NCBI RefSeq assembly: GCF_009914755.1
Contig: NC_060925.1
Length of the DNA: 64,000 bases
Source: the human T2T-CHM13v2.0 reference genome, Homo sapiens
Strand: one strand, 5' to 3'
A program made the position numbers and the translations under genes. The notes below the pieces were generated by a model. That model was not told the origin of the DNA. It ran no database searches and saw only the letters and a list, made by a program, of their open reading frames with translations. Position 1 is the stretch's first letter; every line of letters starts with the position of its first letter. Of this stretch, positions 1 through 14,149 are shown piece after piece.

Positions 1-1129
1 ATTACTTCAAATATCACCGTGCCTCCCCCCTCCCTCTCTCCTGTGCCCCTCTTTCTCTTTGAGAGCGTGAGACTGATGAACTCAAACACCAGCAAGCCTC
101 AGGCATATGCTGCAACGAGCAAAGACTTCTCAAAGTTAATAAGCCAGGAGAGTTAATAAACCAGACTTCCCAAAGTTAATAAACCTGGAAAACACAATTA
201 TCACTACTTTTACTATTATTAAAATATTGCCATTATGATTGTTGTTGTTATTCTCAGCCTTATCTGCAGCTACCCTAAGACCCTCCCCCGGGCCTGCCTG
301 CCTCCTCTTCCTTCCCCCATCCTCACCAGTGGCAGTAATATTGTGTGAGTAATCCCAGGGGGGCTCCCCGGCACTGCCCTGTTGGAGGAAGCAATATTGG
401 AGCTCGTGCAGCCCCTGGTCCCTTCAGGCCCAGCTCTGCCCTTTTATATTACACACTGTTCAGTCAAATCCATCACTGGCCTCCCAGATCTTTCCAATAG
501 GCATGAGAAGGCTGGGTGGAAATGATGATTAAAGGAGCTAGAGACGGGGAGGAGGGGAAGGGGGGTAGATGAGATAGGGGAGAAGATATTTGGGTTTTGG
601 ACATGCCTGAGCTGTCACTGAGTCCGATTTCCATATGATGGCTTCTGAGGATCAGTACTTCCCTGCACCCTCTAGGCAAGGCATGATTCTCCCAGGATCC
701 ACTAGGAATGTCTCAAATCAGGGTAATATTAACCGTAACTGCTTTGCAGACTCCCCACAAATGTGTTCCTCTCTCTCCTGCTTTCTTTCCCTTTGGAGGA
801 ATCAATGGAGACGGAATTCTTTTAGAACTGGTCAATGGTATTAAACAAGTGGGGAAAGGATCACAGGGCAGCAGGGCCTTACAATTCATCTAGGCCAACT
901 TCTCATTTTATTCATGAAGAAACTGAAGCCCAGCAAAGTCAAGTGTGCCTGGGCCAGCTGGTTAAGAGGAGTTTCTAGACTGGCCGCCTGGCCTGTTGAT
1001 CTCCAGCACACCTTCCTTTTGCACCTGGCTGCATCCTTTTCTTCCCCAGTTCTTCCTAGGCCCTCTTCATCCTGTTTCCTGTCAAACTCAACCATTTCCC
1101 CCAAACTTGCTCAGTTCCACGTAGTTGCT

Positions 1130-1366
1130 ATTTCAGTGATTTGTATCACTATGCCCCTGTGATCCCCAACTAGGAGAGATTCTAGATGTCTAGAGATATA
1201 CTTGATTGTTACAAGTGCAATCACAATTGGCATCAAGTGGGTAGAGCCAGGGATGCTGCTAAACACCCTACAATGTGCAGGGCAGCCCCCTCACCCCCAG
1301 ACACACACACAGAACAAATAATCATATGGCTTACAATGGCAATAGTGCTGAGACAGAGAAACCCTA
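1130..1366. mobile_element. MER20-like hAT-Charlie DNA transposon
   Basis: Contains GGCATC.AGTGGGTAGAGCCAGGGATGCTGCTAAACACCCTACAATG...GAGAAACCCT, typical of MER20. Confidence 0.75.
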
Positions 1367-3346
1367 CTACATCCACCATGGCTCAACAACTCAATTACCT
1401 TGAAATTTCCTTGATGGGCAGCTGAAAACATGCATCTAGAGACTAGGGTAGAGATGGATTTGGTAGGTTTGAGATCCAGAAGTCACCCTCTGGAGACGCC
1501 AGCTGAAACTGGGAGAGTGGACAAGTTCATTGGCTGGAAGAAGGTAGGCAAAAGAGATATAAGGAGAGGACTGTGGGAAAGGACCACAGAGGGACCGAAA
1601 GGAGGAAGCAGCAGTACTCCAAGGAGAGAAGAAATCCAAGTGCAACCCAAACAATGGGCTAACTCTACCTTTGCAATACAACCAAGCAGAGGCTCAAGCC
1701 ATGTTTCAAAGGACTACTGCAGTAGACATGGACACCCAGAAAAAGCCCCAGGTCACCCTGATCCCAACAAAGCCAAGCCTGACTTAGAGAAAGAGCTACT
1801 GAAGATGGCCCTCTGAGCGTGCAGAACCACCAGAAGGCAAGGGCAGGACTGCTGCCAAATCCTGGAGCTGAGTCTTGAATTCCAGGTCCTATCCCAGAAC
1901 CCATCCAGAAAGGACACAGACACAAAGGCAGCGATTCCTCCACTGCCCTGAACAACCAGCACTTAGGAATCCCCTCCCAACTGACAGCCTCAGGTTTCTC
2001 GTCCCACAGCACTCCACCACCAGGGAATGAAGCTGAAGCTGGACTGTAGGAGCCACTTGGGTCTGGACACACCACCCAGGCACAAAGGGAGGGACTCCCA
2101 CACTGCTCACAGCCCAAATCCAGTCCCTCTTCAACAAGGTAGCTGCTGCCAGCAGGAAGCTTCAGAAGGAGTCAAGTGTAATTAAAAGCTGTGAAAGCAG
2201 CATTGTGTCCATTGTAAATCCTTCTCACTAAGAGGGCTTTACCAGGGAATTCTCAAAGATGGGGAGAGGGCAAAGCTGTGACAGCCACCACCTCGACTTA
2301 GAGAGTCCAGGAAGGAACTTTAATGGAAAAATATTTCTATCTAATATGGAAACAAGGAAGTTGCATGACTTCACTCTGTCTCTGGGTTGAGACTAGTGGG
2401 GAAAGAAAGAACAATGTCAGTGGAAGGAGAGATAAGGAGGAGAGCATATGGCACAAGCCAGGAGAAAGAAAATTGCATTAACAAAAACACCAACCTGCAC
2501 CCTTGTTTAGTTCTTTCTCACTGTTTCAAACAGAAACCTGTGGATTCTGGTCAGTTGCCCACAGGCAAAGTATCCGTTCTGTGACCTGTGTTGAGGTCAC
2601 AGTGTTCACTCATCTAGATTTTAGCTCCAGTAATAAACTGTTAGCATGTGACATAAACAGATCACATAAAGATGTACATCTGTCGCTGGGCAGGAGGCTG
2701 TCCCATAGTGCTATGTCCACAGTGAGGAAAGTTCACAAGAGGATACAAGTGAGCCCGATACAAGCCCTGCAGTCTGGAAGCAGGCTTTCTGTTTTACCTC
2801 TGCAGCACTCCCACCTACCTGAAACTCTGTCCCAGTATCTGGCCAGAAACCCAACAAAGACTGAACTATGTGGTCCACCCAACAGGGCCATATTTACAAT
2901 GCACCTGTGCCCTTGATGGCTGGCATCCTGCTGGAGGCACAGCAGCATGAGTGAGACTCAGGGAGGTGGACCAACAGAGAGATTCAGCCCCATCCAACTC
3001 AGTCATATTCACAGAGGCACAACTAGAATAAAACATGAAGCAGACCTTAATTTTCCAGTGAGTCCTAGGTTTCCTCCTGCATAGCAAAGGCAAAGGCATG
3101 TCCCATTCATGTCTTACTCCTTTGTGTTTCTTGTCTTATCTCAAGATCTTATCCCACGTGGAAAGAACATGGCTTCCAGAAATAATCTCAGCTCACAGTG
3201 CAATTGTCAGGAAAAATGAAGCAATTTATCTCTCTGGAGCAGAAATCTCAAAATACAAAATGATGCTCATTGTGGTATCAATGTGCATCAGGGCATACCT
3301 CCCCCATGGCAAAAGAGAGCCCTGAGCTGAGAATTGGAGAGGTCTT

Positions 3347-3724
3347 TGTATTCGTTCATTTTCACACTGCTATGAAGAACTTCCCTGAGACTGGGAAATT
3401 TATTTTAAAAAAGAGGTTTAATTGACTCACAGTTCTGCATGGCTGGGGAGGCCTCAGAAAAATTACAATCATGGCAGAAAGGGAAACAGGTATGTCTTAC
3501 ATGCTGGCAGGTGAGAGAAAGAGAGCGTATGTAACAGGAACTGTCAAACACTTATAAAATCATCAGCTCTTGGGAGAACTCACTCACTATCATGAGAACA
3601 GCATGGGGAAACCACTCCCATGATCCGGTCACCTCCCACCAGGTCTCGCCCTCGACATGTGGGGATTATGGGGATTACAATTCAAGATGAGACTTGGGTG
3701 GGGACAGGGAGCCAAACCATATCA
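3347..3724 (-). mobile_element. MaLR solo LTR (THE1D/MSTA-like)
   Basis: Reverse strand starts TGATATGGTTTGGCT..., with TG...CA termini and a 5-bp TSD GTCTT/GTCTC. Confidence 0.85.
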
Positions 3725-4548
3725 GTCTCCCACACAGAGGAGATGTGCAAATACACTGCTTGATCTCCAAGCAAGACAGGGCCTCTCTGTTCCCAAAACA
3801 TGTCAGCAAACCAAAGGCCATTCAGTGAAGGGCAACCAGCATGACACGGTCTGAGAAGGCTAATTCATGCATGGAGTAAAGGGAGTAAAATTGAACATCC
3901 CCACTAAATGGGAAAAGAGAACAGAACAATGTAGTTGAAGGCAGAGGCAGTAAGTGCCCACATGCAACCCCCCCACCCCCGCCACTGCAAAAAAAAAAAC
4001 CTTACAGTGATATGGGTGAATAAGAGGTTAAAAAAATCAGAGGATACAGAAAATTTTGGTGGAGTCTGACAGAAGAGGCTGTTATTAGTAAAACCTATCA
4101 GACTGTCCACTCACTCAACTCTCAAAAAATCAAAAACTGTGGAAGTATAAAATAATTTATAGAGTTATAGCACATCAAACAATCAAAAATGTTATTATTA
4201 GGCAAATAACTATCTCCAAGACTGACACATTGTTTGAGTATGTCTATGGACTATCTGTGTGGCCCAGCTGGGAATCAGGGTTCCAGTGCTGGCTCTGCCA
4301 CTCATTAGCAATGTGACTTCCTTATATGCAAAATGAGAAGACTGAATTTATCCTACTGTTAACAACAACTGACATGGGGCAATTAGTCTGTACCAGAAAT
4401 AACTCTAAGTGTTTTATATAATTGCACTTATTTCATCTTCCCAGCAATATCGTAAGGCAGGTATTATTATTCTCTTTTTACAGATAAAGAAACTAAGGCA
4501 TAAGAGGTTAATAACAGGGTCACAAAAGTGGCTGAGCCAAGATGTGAA

Positions 4549-4845
<297 letters not shown>

Positions 4846-5669
4846 TCTGAAACAAGTTTCCTCTTCCAGTAATGGCTGAGTAGCTCCTATGAGACCAACC
4901 TCCCCCAGATAATTACAAACCGTAGACAAAATATAGAAAACAACTATGTGAAGATAGCAGACAACGGACCAAAAGTAGGCAGATATTGAAAGGGAGTCAC
5001 CACATGGAAGAAGGAACTGGAACTTGATTTTCCTGTTCTTACAGGCTTTAGTCATACAGGGTAACTAAGAAACTCAGATGGAAAACCCATAGTCTTACTG
5101 ACTAGAACAACCAGGGCACCGAATCTGGGGTAAACACAGCAGCTAGAAAGTGAGGGAATAAACCTGGAAAGACACAGAGAAGAGGAGCTCCAAATTCTAT
5201 ATATAAGCTTTATCCAAATGTCCAGCTGAGCCCTGACCTACACACATACTCCAAGTAGTCCAATTCAGGATCAAAGAATTGAACTGAGATTCCCTGTAGA
5301 TTCTTTCCCTATAGCTCACCACAGGGAAGAAAGAGTTTGCAGTTTGAGTTCAGCCAAGTTAACTGCCTACTGGCAATTTTAAAAAATAAGATATAAATAT
5401 TCTTTGAATGAACATAACAATTCAGGTTATTGATAATGTGTCATGTCCAGGACACAATTTAAAATTATTAACATGACCCATACTCAAGAGGAAGGATGAT
5501 CAACAGAGGCCAACCCTCAAGTGACCCAGATGCTGGAATTAGCTGACAAGGATTTTAAAGCATCTATTATAACTATGCTCAAGGATATAAAGAAAAATAT
5601 GTTCAAAAAAGGAAATGATAGGAAATACCAGAGAAATACAAACTATAAAAAATCAAATGAAAATTCAAT

Positions 5670-6388
<719 letters not shown>

Positions 6389-7514
6389 TTACATATTATG
6401 TGCAATATTAACTCTAAGTATACTGTGAATTTTTAGGGAGGTATATTGTAATCCTGAGAACAACCACTAAAAAATTAACAATAATGTGAAGAGGTATAGG
6501 TTAAAAACAATAAGTAAATTAAAATAAAATTCTTTAAAAATTCCATAAACCAAAAGAAGGCATGAAAAGAGGAACAGAGAACAAACAACAGAGTGCATAA
6601 ATAAAAAGTAAATAGCAAAATGGTAGACCTGGCTCTGACTGTATCAATAATTAAATTAAATGTTAATGAATGAACTAGACACTTGAATTAAAAGAAAGAG
6701 ATAGAATGTCAGAATGGATAAAAAAACAAGACTCAGCTATCTACTGTCTACAGAAGATAAACTTTAAAAAAACAAAGATTAGGAATAAGGCAATCTTTCC
6801 TATTTTTAACTATTACACTATATATAACATATGAAGTACTATCCATTTCTAAAGTCCAATGATTCCACATGTATATGAGTATATGCATATACACATATAT
6901 ATACACACATAAGTATATAATGTATAAATATTTTTATGTTCAGGATACAATTACAATAATTAATTGTCAAATTAATGTGTGCCCAAACCCAGAAGAAATT
7001 GTGGAAAAGAAAATTTATCAAGCAAACACATCCACCGTTGCTTATTTTGTTTCTCAACAACATTCATTCTAACAAGTAATAAGATGGAGTTTGGGGATAA
7101 TTGTATCTAGAAAAATCACTTCACTTATTCTTAGACAGTGACTTAAACCTATCTTCTCAGCAACAGAACTGTCTCAGAGCTATTTGCATTTAAATTTTCA
7201 TGGAAAGGGTTGGCATAACCTTTCCACATAGCTTGGTGACTGAAGCAGACAGCATCTCCAGGGCTTTGTCTTACACACAAAGCAGCTGTGACACAGTGCA
7301 AAGAGCACCGGACTTGCCACTAGAAAACCTGAGCCTCACTCCCATCTATGCCTCTTTTAGAAACCATGCGGCATTGGGACCATCACTTAGCCTCTTGGAG
7401 CCTCGATTTCCTTATCTCCAATAAGATTGTGGTGATAATTACATGATACAGAGTCTGTTTTCCTAGATTCACTAGGCCTTTATTCTTACCTCTTTGCCTG
7501 GACTGCCTTCCTTC

Positions 7515-7814
<300 letters not shown>

Positions 7815-9843
7815 CCCTTTTCTTCTCAACATTTGCTTTTTATCCTTCAAGGATTCACTCAAGGCCACTTTTCTCATGGTGATACTCCAAGTTTTGAACA
7901 GCATCAATCTCCCACTTTTAAATTTGAATTTAAAATTTTTAAAAATTTCCCATTGCATTCACTGTCTCTTCTACACAGTTTTTCTCTAAATGATAAAAAT
8001 CATTTGTTCTCTACATGTTTTATTTTTATACATCTTCACCCTCCAAAATACTTTATAGTTCTTGAAGCCCAAGGACATTGTTTATACACACACACATGCA
8101 TACACACAAACACGCACACACACACAATGAAAACACCAGGCTCAATAATAATGATGACCGCCCTGGATCTTGGGTTCCTCATTCTAAAAAGAAGCAGTTA
8201 CATTAGGTGTTTTCTAATATCCCTTGTAGGGATTGCCTATGAATCTTAAATATTAATAAGAACTCACAGCTGTATGGCTTTCTACAGATTTGAAGCACCT
8301 TTGCATAGAATGTCTCATTTGACAACCACCTGTGACATAAATTGATTAGTATCTCCCTTATAGAAGTGAATAAATTCAAGCTAAGGAAACTTAAACACAG
8401 TAACTGGCAAAGACATAGGTGAAGGGTAGCCTAATGATTGATAAATGGACTCACATAGACAGAGCTGGGTCAAGACACACAAAACAGTTGCACCACTAAA
8501 CCCAAGATTGAGTTAGTATGAGTCATTTACTTGAGACTGCCGACTGACCCACAAATAATATGAACAAAGCAGTGAATAGATTGCGGGATAGATCAACTAA
8601 CCAGCCTGCAATTCAGTTGAAAAGGCACAAGCAAAAATGAATAGACACAGAATATTCTAGCAATACAATCACTGCTGTCTCCAATTCCATAATGATGTTG
8701 ATGATAATGATGAGTTAAGTTTTAACTCATCATCAGCTTAATAACAGTAAGTTTTAAGTTATTTACATTGATCATCTCATTTAAAACTCAAAACATTCCT
8801 TTGAGGTTGGTAATATATCATCCTAACTTTAAATGTGAAGGAACTGAGGCACAGAGATATCAAATACCCATCCAAGGTCACACAACTAATAAATGACAAG
8901 TTTCAAACCAGGTCTGACTCTCACATACCCTGCCACTATTTCAAAACTAAACATACATAATCACATGACTAATTATGAGGAAGCTAAATACTGTGCCGTT
9001 TTGCTTAAATTAAATTCTTTTTATGCTGATGTTGTCCTGACCATGAAAGGAATTGAGAAGAACTTCACTCCTCTTTACACCCAGCAAGTCTATAACTGAA
9101 GAGGCATTAGTGCAACAAGCTAAGGGAAGAGGTCTCTTTCAGGGGCCCAAGACCAGTCTCTTGATCTCCTGAGAGAAGGGCAGAAGCCCTCCAGGAATGC
9201 CCAGTCTCTGGCCACCGTGCCTGGGAGCTATAGCCCAACGCAGTCAGTCTCAGGAGGTCTAGAGTCACCCTTCAAGGGTGGCCAGGGAGGAAACTCTGTC
9301 CTAGAGTATTCCCTGATGCAGTAATTCTTCCCGCAAGTCCTGAATGTTTTTTACCTTGAATTGTATTGCTGAAACACCACCCCTTTGTTAAGAGGTTTAC
9401 TGTGTGTTCAAATTTGAAAGAAAATATTTCTATGTAAATTAGTTTGGGTTCTGAAATAGAAAGACAGAATATAGGATTACAAATTAGGAATGATTTATAT
9501 TATTTACTTAAAATATGACCTTCCTCTCTTTTAAGCTTTCAATATTCACTGCCCACAGTTTTGCATGGTACCTTCAAAATGAATCTTAAAAGAGTTGAGA
9601 GAAACTGTATATGATTTTCTTAAAAAATAAAAATTTGAAGACTTTGAACTTTTATAAAAGCAAAAATACATAATGTATGCATAAATTAATAATTGTTATA
9701 GATACATTTGAAAATGTGAGTGTATGTCCATTCACTAAATTAATAATAACAAATGGATTAATTAGGGAGCATTTCGTGGTCTTGTTTATAAAGGATAATC
9801 AATAACTCAGTAAGTCTTGTTATTATGCATACCTTCTGAGAGA

Positions 9844-9885
9844 AAGTGGGCCTCTTAAATACAGTATGATTTAAGAGGCCCACTT
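9844..9885. repeat. Perfect 17-bp inverted repeat with 8-nt spacer
   Basis: AAGTGGGCCTCTTAAAT-ACAGTATG-ATTTAAGAGGCCCACTT. Confidence 0.97.
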
Positions 9886-11074
9886 CTTTCGCATTATTTC
9901 CTTCCTGACAGCTATAATCAAGTCAGTGGAATACAGTTCAACATTCAGTTACCAACAAATGATCACAATTAGCAAAGAAAGGTAAACATAAGCCTCCTTA
10001 ACAAATTTGCTAATTATTTTTCAGTTTGGGATTAATGTACCAAATAAATACTGGATGATCACAGTTTAAGTTCATCAGTCAGTTTGTATAAATCAACAAG
10101 GGCAAGTATATTTTATCTTCTATTTGAAGCTCCAAACCAAGTATTTCTTGTTCTTGATTTTTTTTCTTGAATCTGATGTATGTTTTTACTTTATGAGGCA
10201 ATCTGTCAGCTTTTACATCCTTTTAAAATATTAGGTATATCCACCGAGAATTCTTAGAAAAAGTAATGCTGAGGTTTAAAGGTAATGAAAGAAACAAACC
10301 ACTGGTATGAGAATAAAATTGCCCACGTGAGCCTACTCTGCAATTGGTTGGTATTGCTAAACATTACCAAGTAAATTATTAGTATAATTAGCATCCATTT
10401 ATCGAGGATCTTTACTAAATGCTTTATAACATACATATGTTTAATCCCTAAAACGTATGTAAAGAGATAGTGCCTGCCTTTTAGAAATAAGGAAAGAGAT
10501 TCCCCAGATGTTAACGGAGCTGGGATTTGAACCCATATCCCTATTGTCAGGGGTGGGGTGGGGTTTGGGGTTAAGGGTTCTCTATGTATCTTCCTGTCCT
10601 TCCTTCTCACAGTGTTATTTCCTTGTTAGAATGTGCCTAATTAAAAGTACTTAATACTTTTCCTTTCTTCTAGATCACTAACCTTTAATCATTTCGGGAT
10701 CACAGGACACTTTGAAGATCTACTCAAATCTAGGGACCCTCTTCCCCAGAAACAGACACAAACAGACCCAAAGAGAGCCCGCAAATATCAGCATCACTGG
10801 ATTTTTCACTTGCTTGCCTCCTTTACACTTCCCCTTCCTTTTTGGCCTCTGAAGAAGTTTTTAAAGAATAAAGTAATGGTGCTAAGAAGCAGAATATTAT
10901 CTTGTCCATATCCAAGAAAAGCCTTGCTCTACCCCTACTCCATAAGCCTCTTTAACAAATTTGCTAATTATTTACCCCTACTCCAACCCCTCCACCTACA
11001 CCGTTGCCATCTCAGTACAGGGCATCACCACACACCCAGCTCAGGGGGAATATCTTGGAATCACCCTTCTGTCT

Positions 11075-11550
11075 TCATTTTCATTCACTCTCACATTCAA
11101 TTACTCCAGCCCTTCCTCAACGACCTAATGCCTATCCTATTCCAGGCATCAGACTTGTGAGCGAAACAATAATCCTTGCATTCATGGAGATTAAAATCTG
11201 ATGGGGAGAACAAACAATATATTTAAATACTAAAGAAATAAACTACAGCATATTCTGGAAGATAATTAGTGGTCTGGGAAAAGAGAAACTATGCAGAAAT
11301 TATGGGAAGATGGGGAGAGTAGAAGTGGGTTGCAATATTAAATAGGTGGTCAGAGTGGGAGAATATGGACATTTAGTACACACATGAGGGAGGAGTCAAA
11401 CTTGTGGATATCTGGAGAAATGTATTTTGTTTATTTTCTTTCTTTCCATCTTGAATATAATCACTGCTGTATCCCAAGTAACTGTAACAATGCCTCATAC
11501 ATAGTAGTTGCTCAATAAGTATTAGTAGACAAAATAAATGAATGAATTAA
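11075..11550. mobile_element. L2 fragments (opposite orientations)
   Basis: L2 3' end text ...ATAGTAGTTGCTCAATAAGTATT...AATGAATGAA, and reverse-strand L2 body. Confidence 0.6.
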
Positions 11551-12228
11551 AATTTATCTTTCAAGCTAAAACTGAGAGTTAAGGCCACAATTCTAAATCT
11601 TACTCTAAACATAACAATATCTTTAATTAAATGATAATTTTAGAGCATAGAGAAAAGAAACTCAGTCACAATGGATTCACCTTTTGAAGGGAAGATTGAA
11701 AAGCAACTATGCATGAAAAATGATAATAATCTGCACTCCAACTCTAAAACAACCAAATAGGAATGGGTTTTACAAAACAAAGAAACAAATAGTAGATCCT
11801 ATACCAAAACGAGCTTTAAAATTAGAAAGGATTCTTGAAATCTGGGGCCTCTCCATGCTAAGTGACTCACTAATAAGGCCGTCATGAGGTGCATTGTCTC
11901 TTGCCATGGAGACTTGGTAAGACAGATGCCACTAATCCAGAAGTACCATCTTCACCCCTGACTGCATTCCCTATTGCAGAGCTGCATTTCCAGAGCACTG
12001 ACTGTGTACTGATGTCCTTGGATTTTAAAATAGCTTGCTTGTGGCTGGTTATCGCCGTTATTTACCTCTTGGTGCCCCTGAGTCTAAGGATATGGGTTGG
12101 GTTCTCAAAGACACCAAGAGGAGTTGACTCAGTTTTAGTTGGCCAGAAGCTACAGCTTTGACCTTGCCCACTGACCCAACATAGGCATATCCTCAATTAT
12201 GCTAGTGGACAGAGTGTGTCTGTGCATC

Positions 12229-12263
12229 TGTGTGTGTGTGTTTCTGTGTGTGTGTGTGTGTGT
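12229..12263. repeat. Interrupted (TG)n microsatellite
   Basis: Seen directly. Confidence 0.95.
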
Positions 12264-14149
12264 TACTACCCCAGAAACGGCAACTCAAAGTACATGTTCC
12301 ATGTTTAAGAAGGTTGCCAGCAGCTGTTGAGGATTGATTCACCCCTTATGCACAATTTAACATCAAACCAAGGTCTGGGACACATCTTTTTCCATTAGCA
12401 TCTCTTAAAAATACTATCCAATCCTAAGAACGAATAAGTACTATCTGGACAGATGCCACACTAATTGGAAGGCTACCAGAAGGACATATTCTCCCTCCAT
12501 TTTGTCCCCAGAAATTAGCACAATCTGGTAAAAGTCAGGAATATGAGCTCCCTGGATTCCACAGCATGTGACTTTATTGATGGTGGGCCTTACCACATTA
12601 CAGGTAATGTGAGCTTCAGAACCCTCTTTCTCTCTGAATAGCCAGCAATGTCAGGGCAAAGCTGAAATCACTTCATCATAACAGTTTGACCTCTGCAATA
12701 CTGCACACCATTAAATTTTTAAGGGAGTTCATTGGGAAAGTCCTTTAATCCTTTAATAATTGAGTTGAGGGAAAGGGGCCGGTGATGGAGAGCATTTACC
12801 TGAGCTGATATTAACTAGGTTTGGCTACTAATGGCTTTCCAACAATCCCACTGTGTCCATGTTGCCATTTAAAAGAGTGCATTTCATTTGGCCCTTGCTC
12901 TTAACTGTCAACAGGGAAATTGAAAAATAATACATCATTAAGTGTTGCAATTTGTATTACAGTTCTCTACCCAAGTCTCCCTTCTAGCTCTATTGAGCGC
13001 AGTCCAAACTAAGGTCTAACAACCAGTTGACAAGTAGAAAAATCCATTCCATGAATTAGTTGGATGTCTATGATATCAAATAACCTGTCACTAATATATT
13101 TTCCACTGAATTTACTGGCCACAGAAGCAGAGCCATTGGAAAATACTTGGCTTCCTTGGTAGCACCAAGTTCAGTTTAATTCCCTTCTAAGCTCAGAGGT
13201 CTGGCCCCTTATGACCTTGTCACTGTTTCTTTTCTATGGTTATATGGATATGACAGCCCTAGACCTAGGGAAGTATTCCCACCTGACCATACACTGTTCT
13301 CCCTCTCCCTGTCAAAACAATTAATTCTCCACCATTGCACACATCAGGCTGTTTGTGAGCATGTTCCACACCTCAGAGAGCTCAAGGTAAAGGCACTGCA
13401 ATAAATGGGATCATCTCAAAGAGGTTAAATGATTTGCCCAGGCCCAGCCAGCCAAAGCAGAGGCAAAGACAGAATTAAAGCTCAAAGATTCTAAAAACCC
13501 ACTGTTATCCACTAGTCACCCTACTCTCCAGTCTGGGGAAGTAAACATATTAACCAACCAAGTGGACAACGCTACAAAACAGCAGTAGCTGGGTACAGAC
13601 TGTGTTACTGCAGTCTGGTTAACAAGGAAGATGGTACCCACACCCTGAACTCCCTTGCTTTGAGAGTCCTCCCAAGCATCACAGAAAGCGAAAGCTCTTC
13701 AACTGACAGGCATGCGCATAGGCACAGCTGACTGGTTCCAGGCCTGAGGAGGCTTATAGACCTGTCTTGGGGAATTGGCCATGTGGTGGTATACTTCTGA
13801 CAACATGCAATAGAGTTCTGCATGGATCAGGAGCAAAAACAAAAAGAGGTCAGGCCGGTGAGCTTCGCATTGAGATGACTGGTATCTGAAGAAGAAGGAA
13901 ATAGGTGGGAGCCTCGCTCTACTGCCATTCCCAGGCCCATGACCCAGGAACGCATTGGCAAAGCAGCTCTGTGAGAAGCTCTCACCTACTGAGAGGCCTT
14001 GAGGAGTGATGGAAAGCAGACCCACCTCTGCCAGCCCCTGTACTGCAGTGATCAGTTCTAACAAACCCACAGGGAAATGTACAAAAGAACAAAGGGAAGG
14101 AGTGGTTGGGAAGGAGCAAAGCAGGGGCAGAACCTGTGCCCCAGATGTG

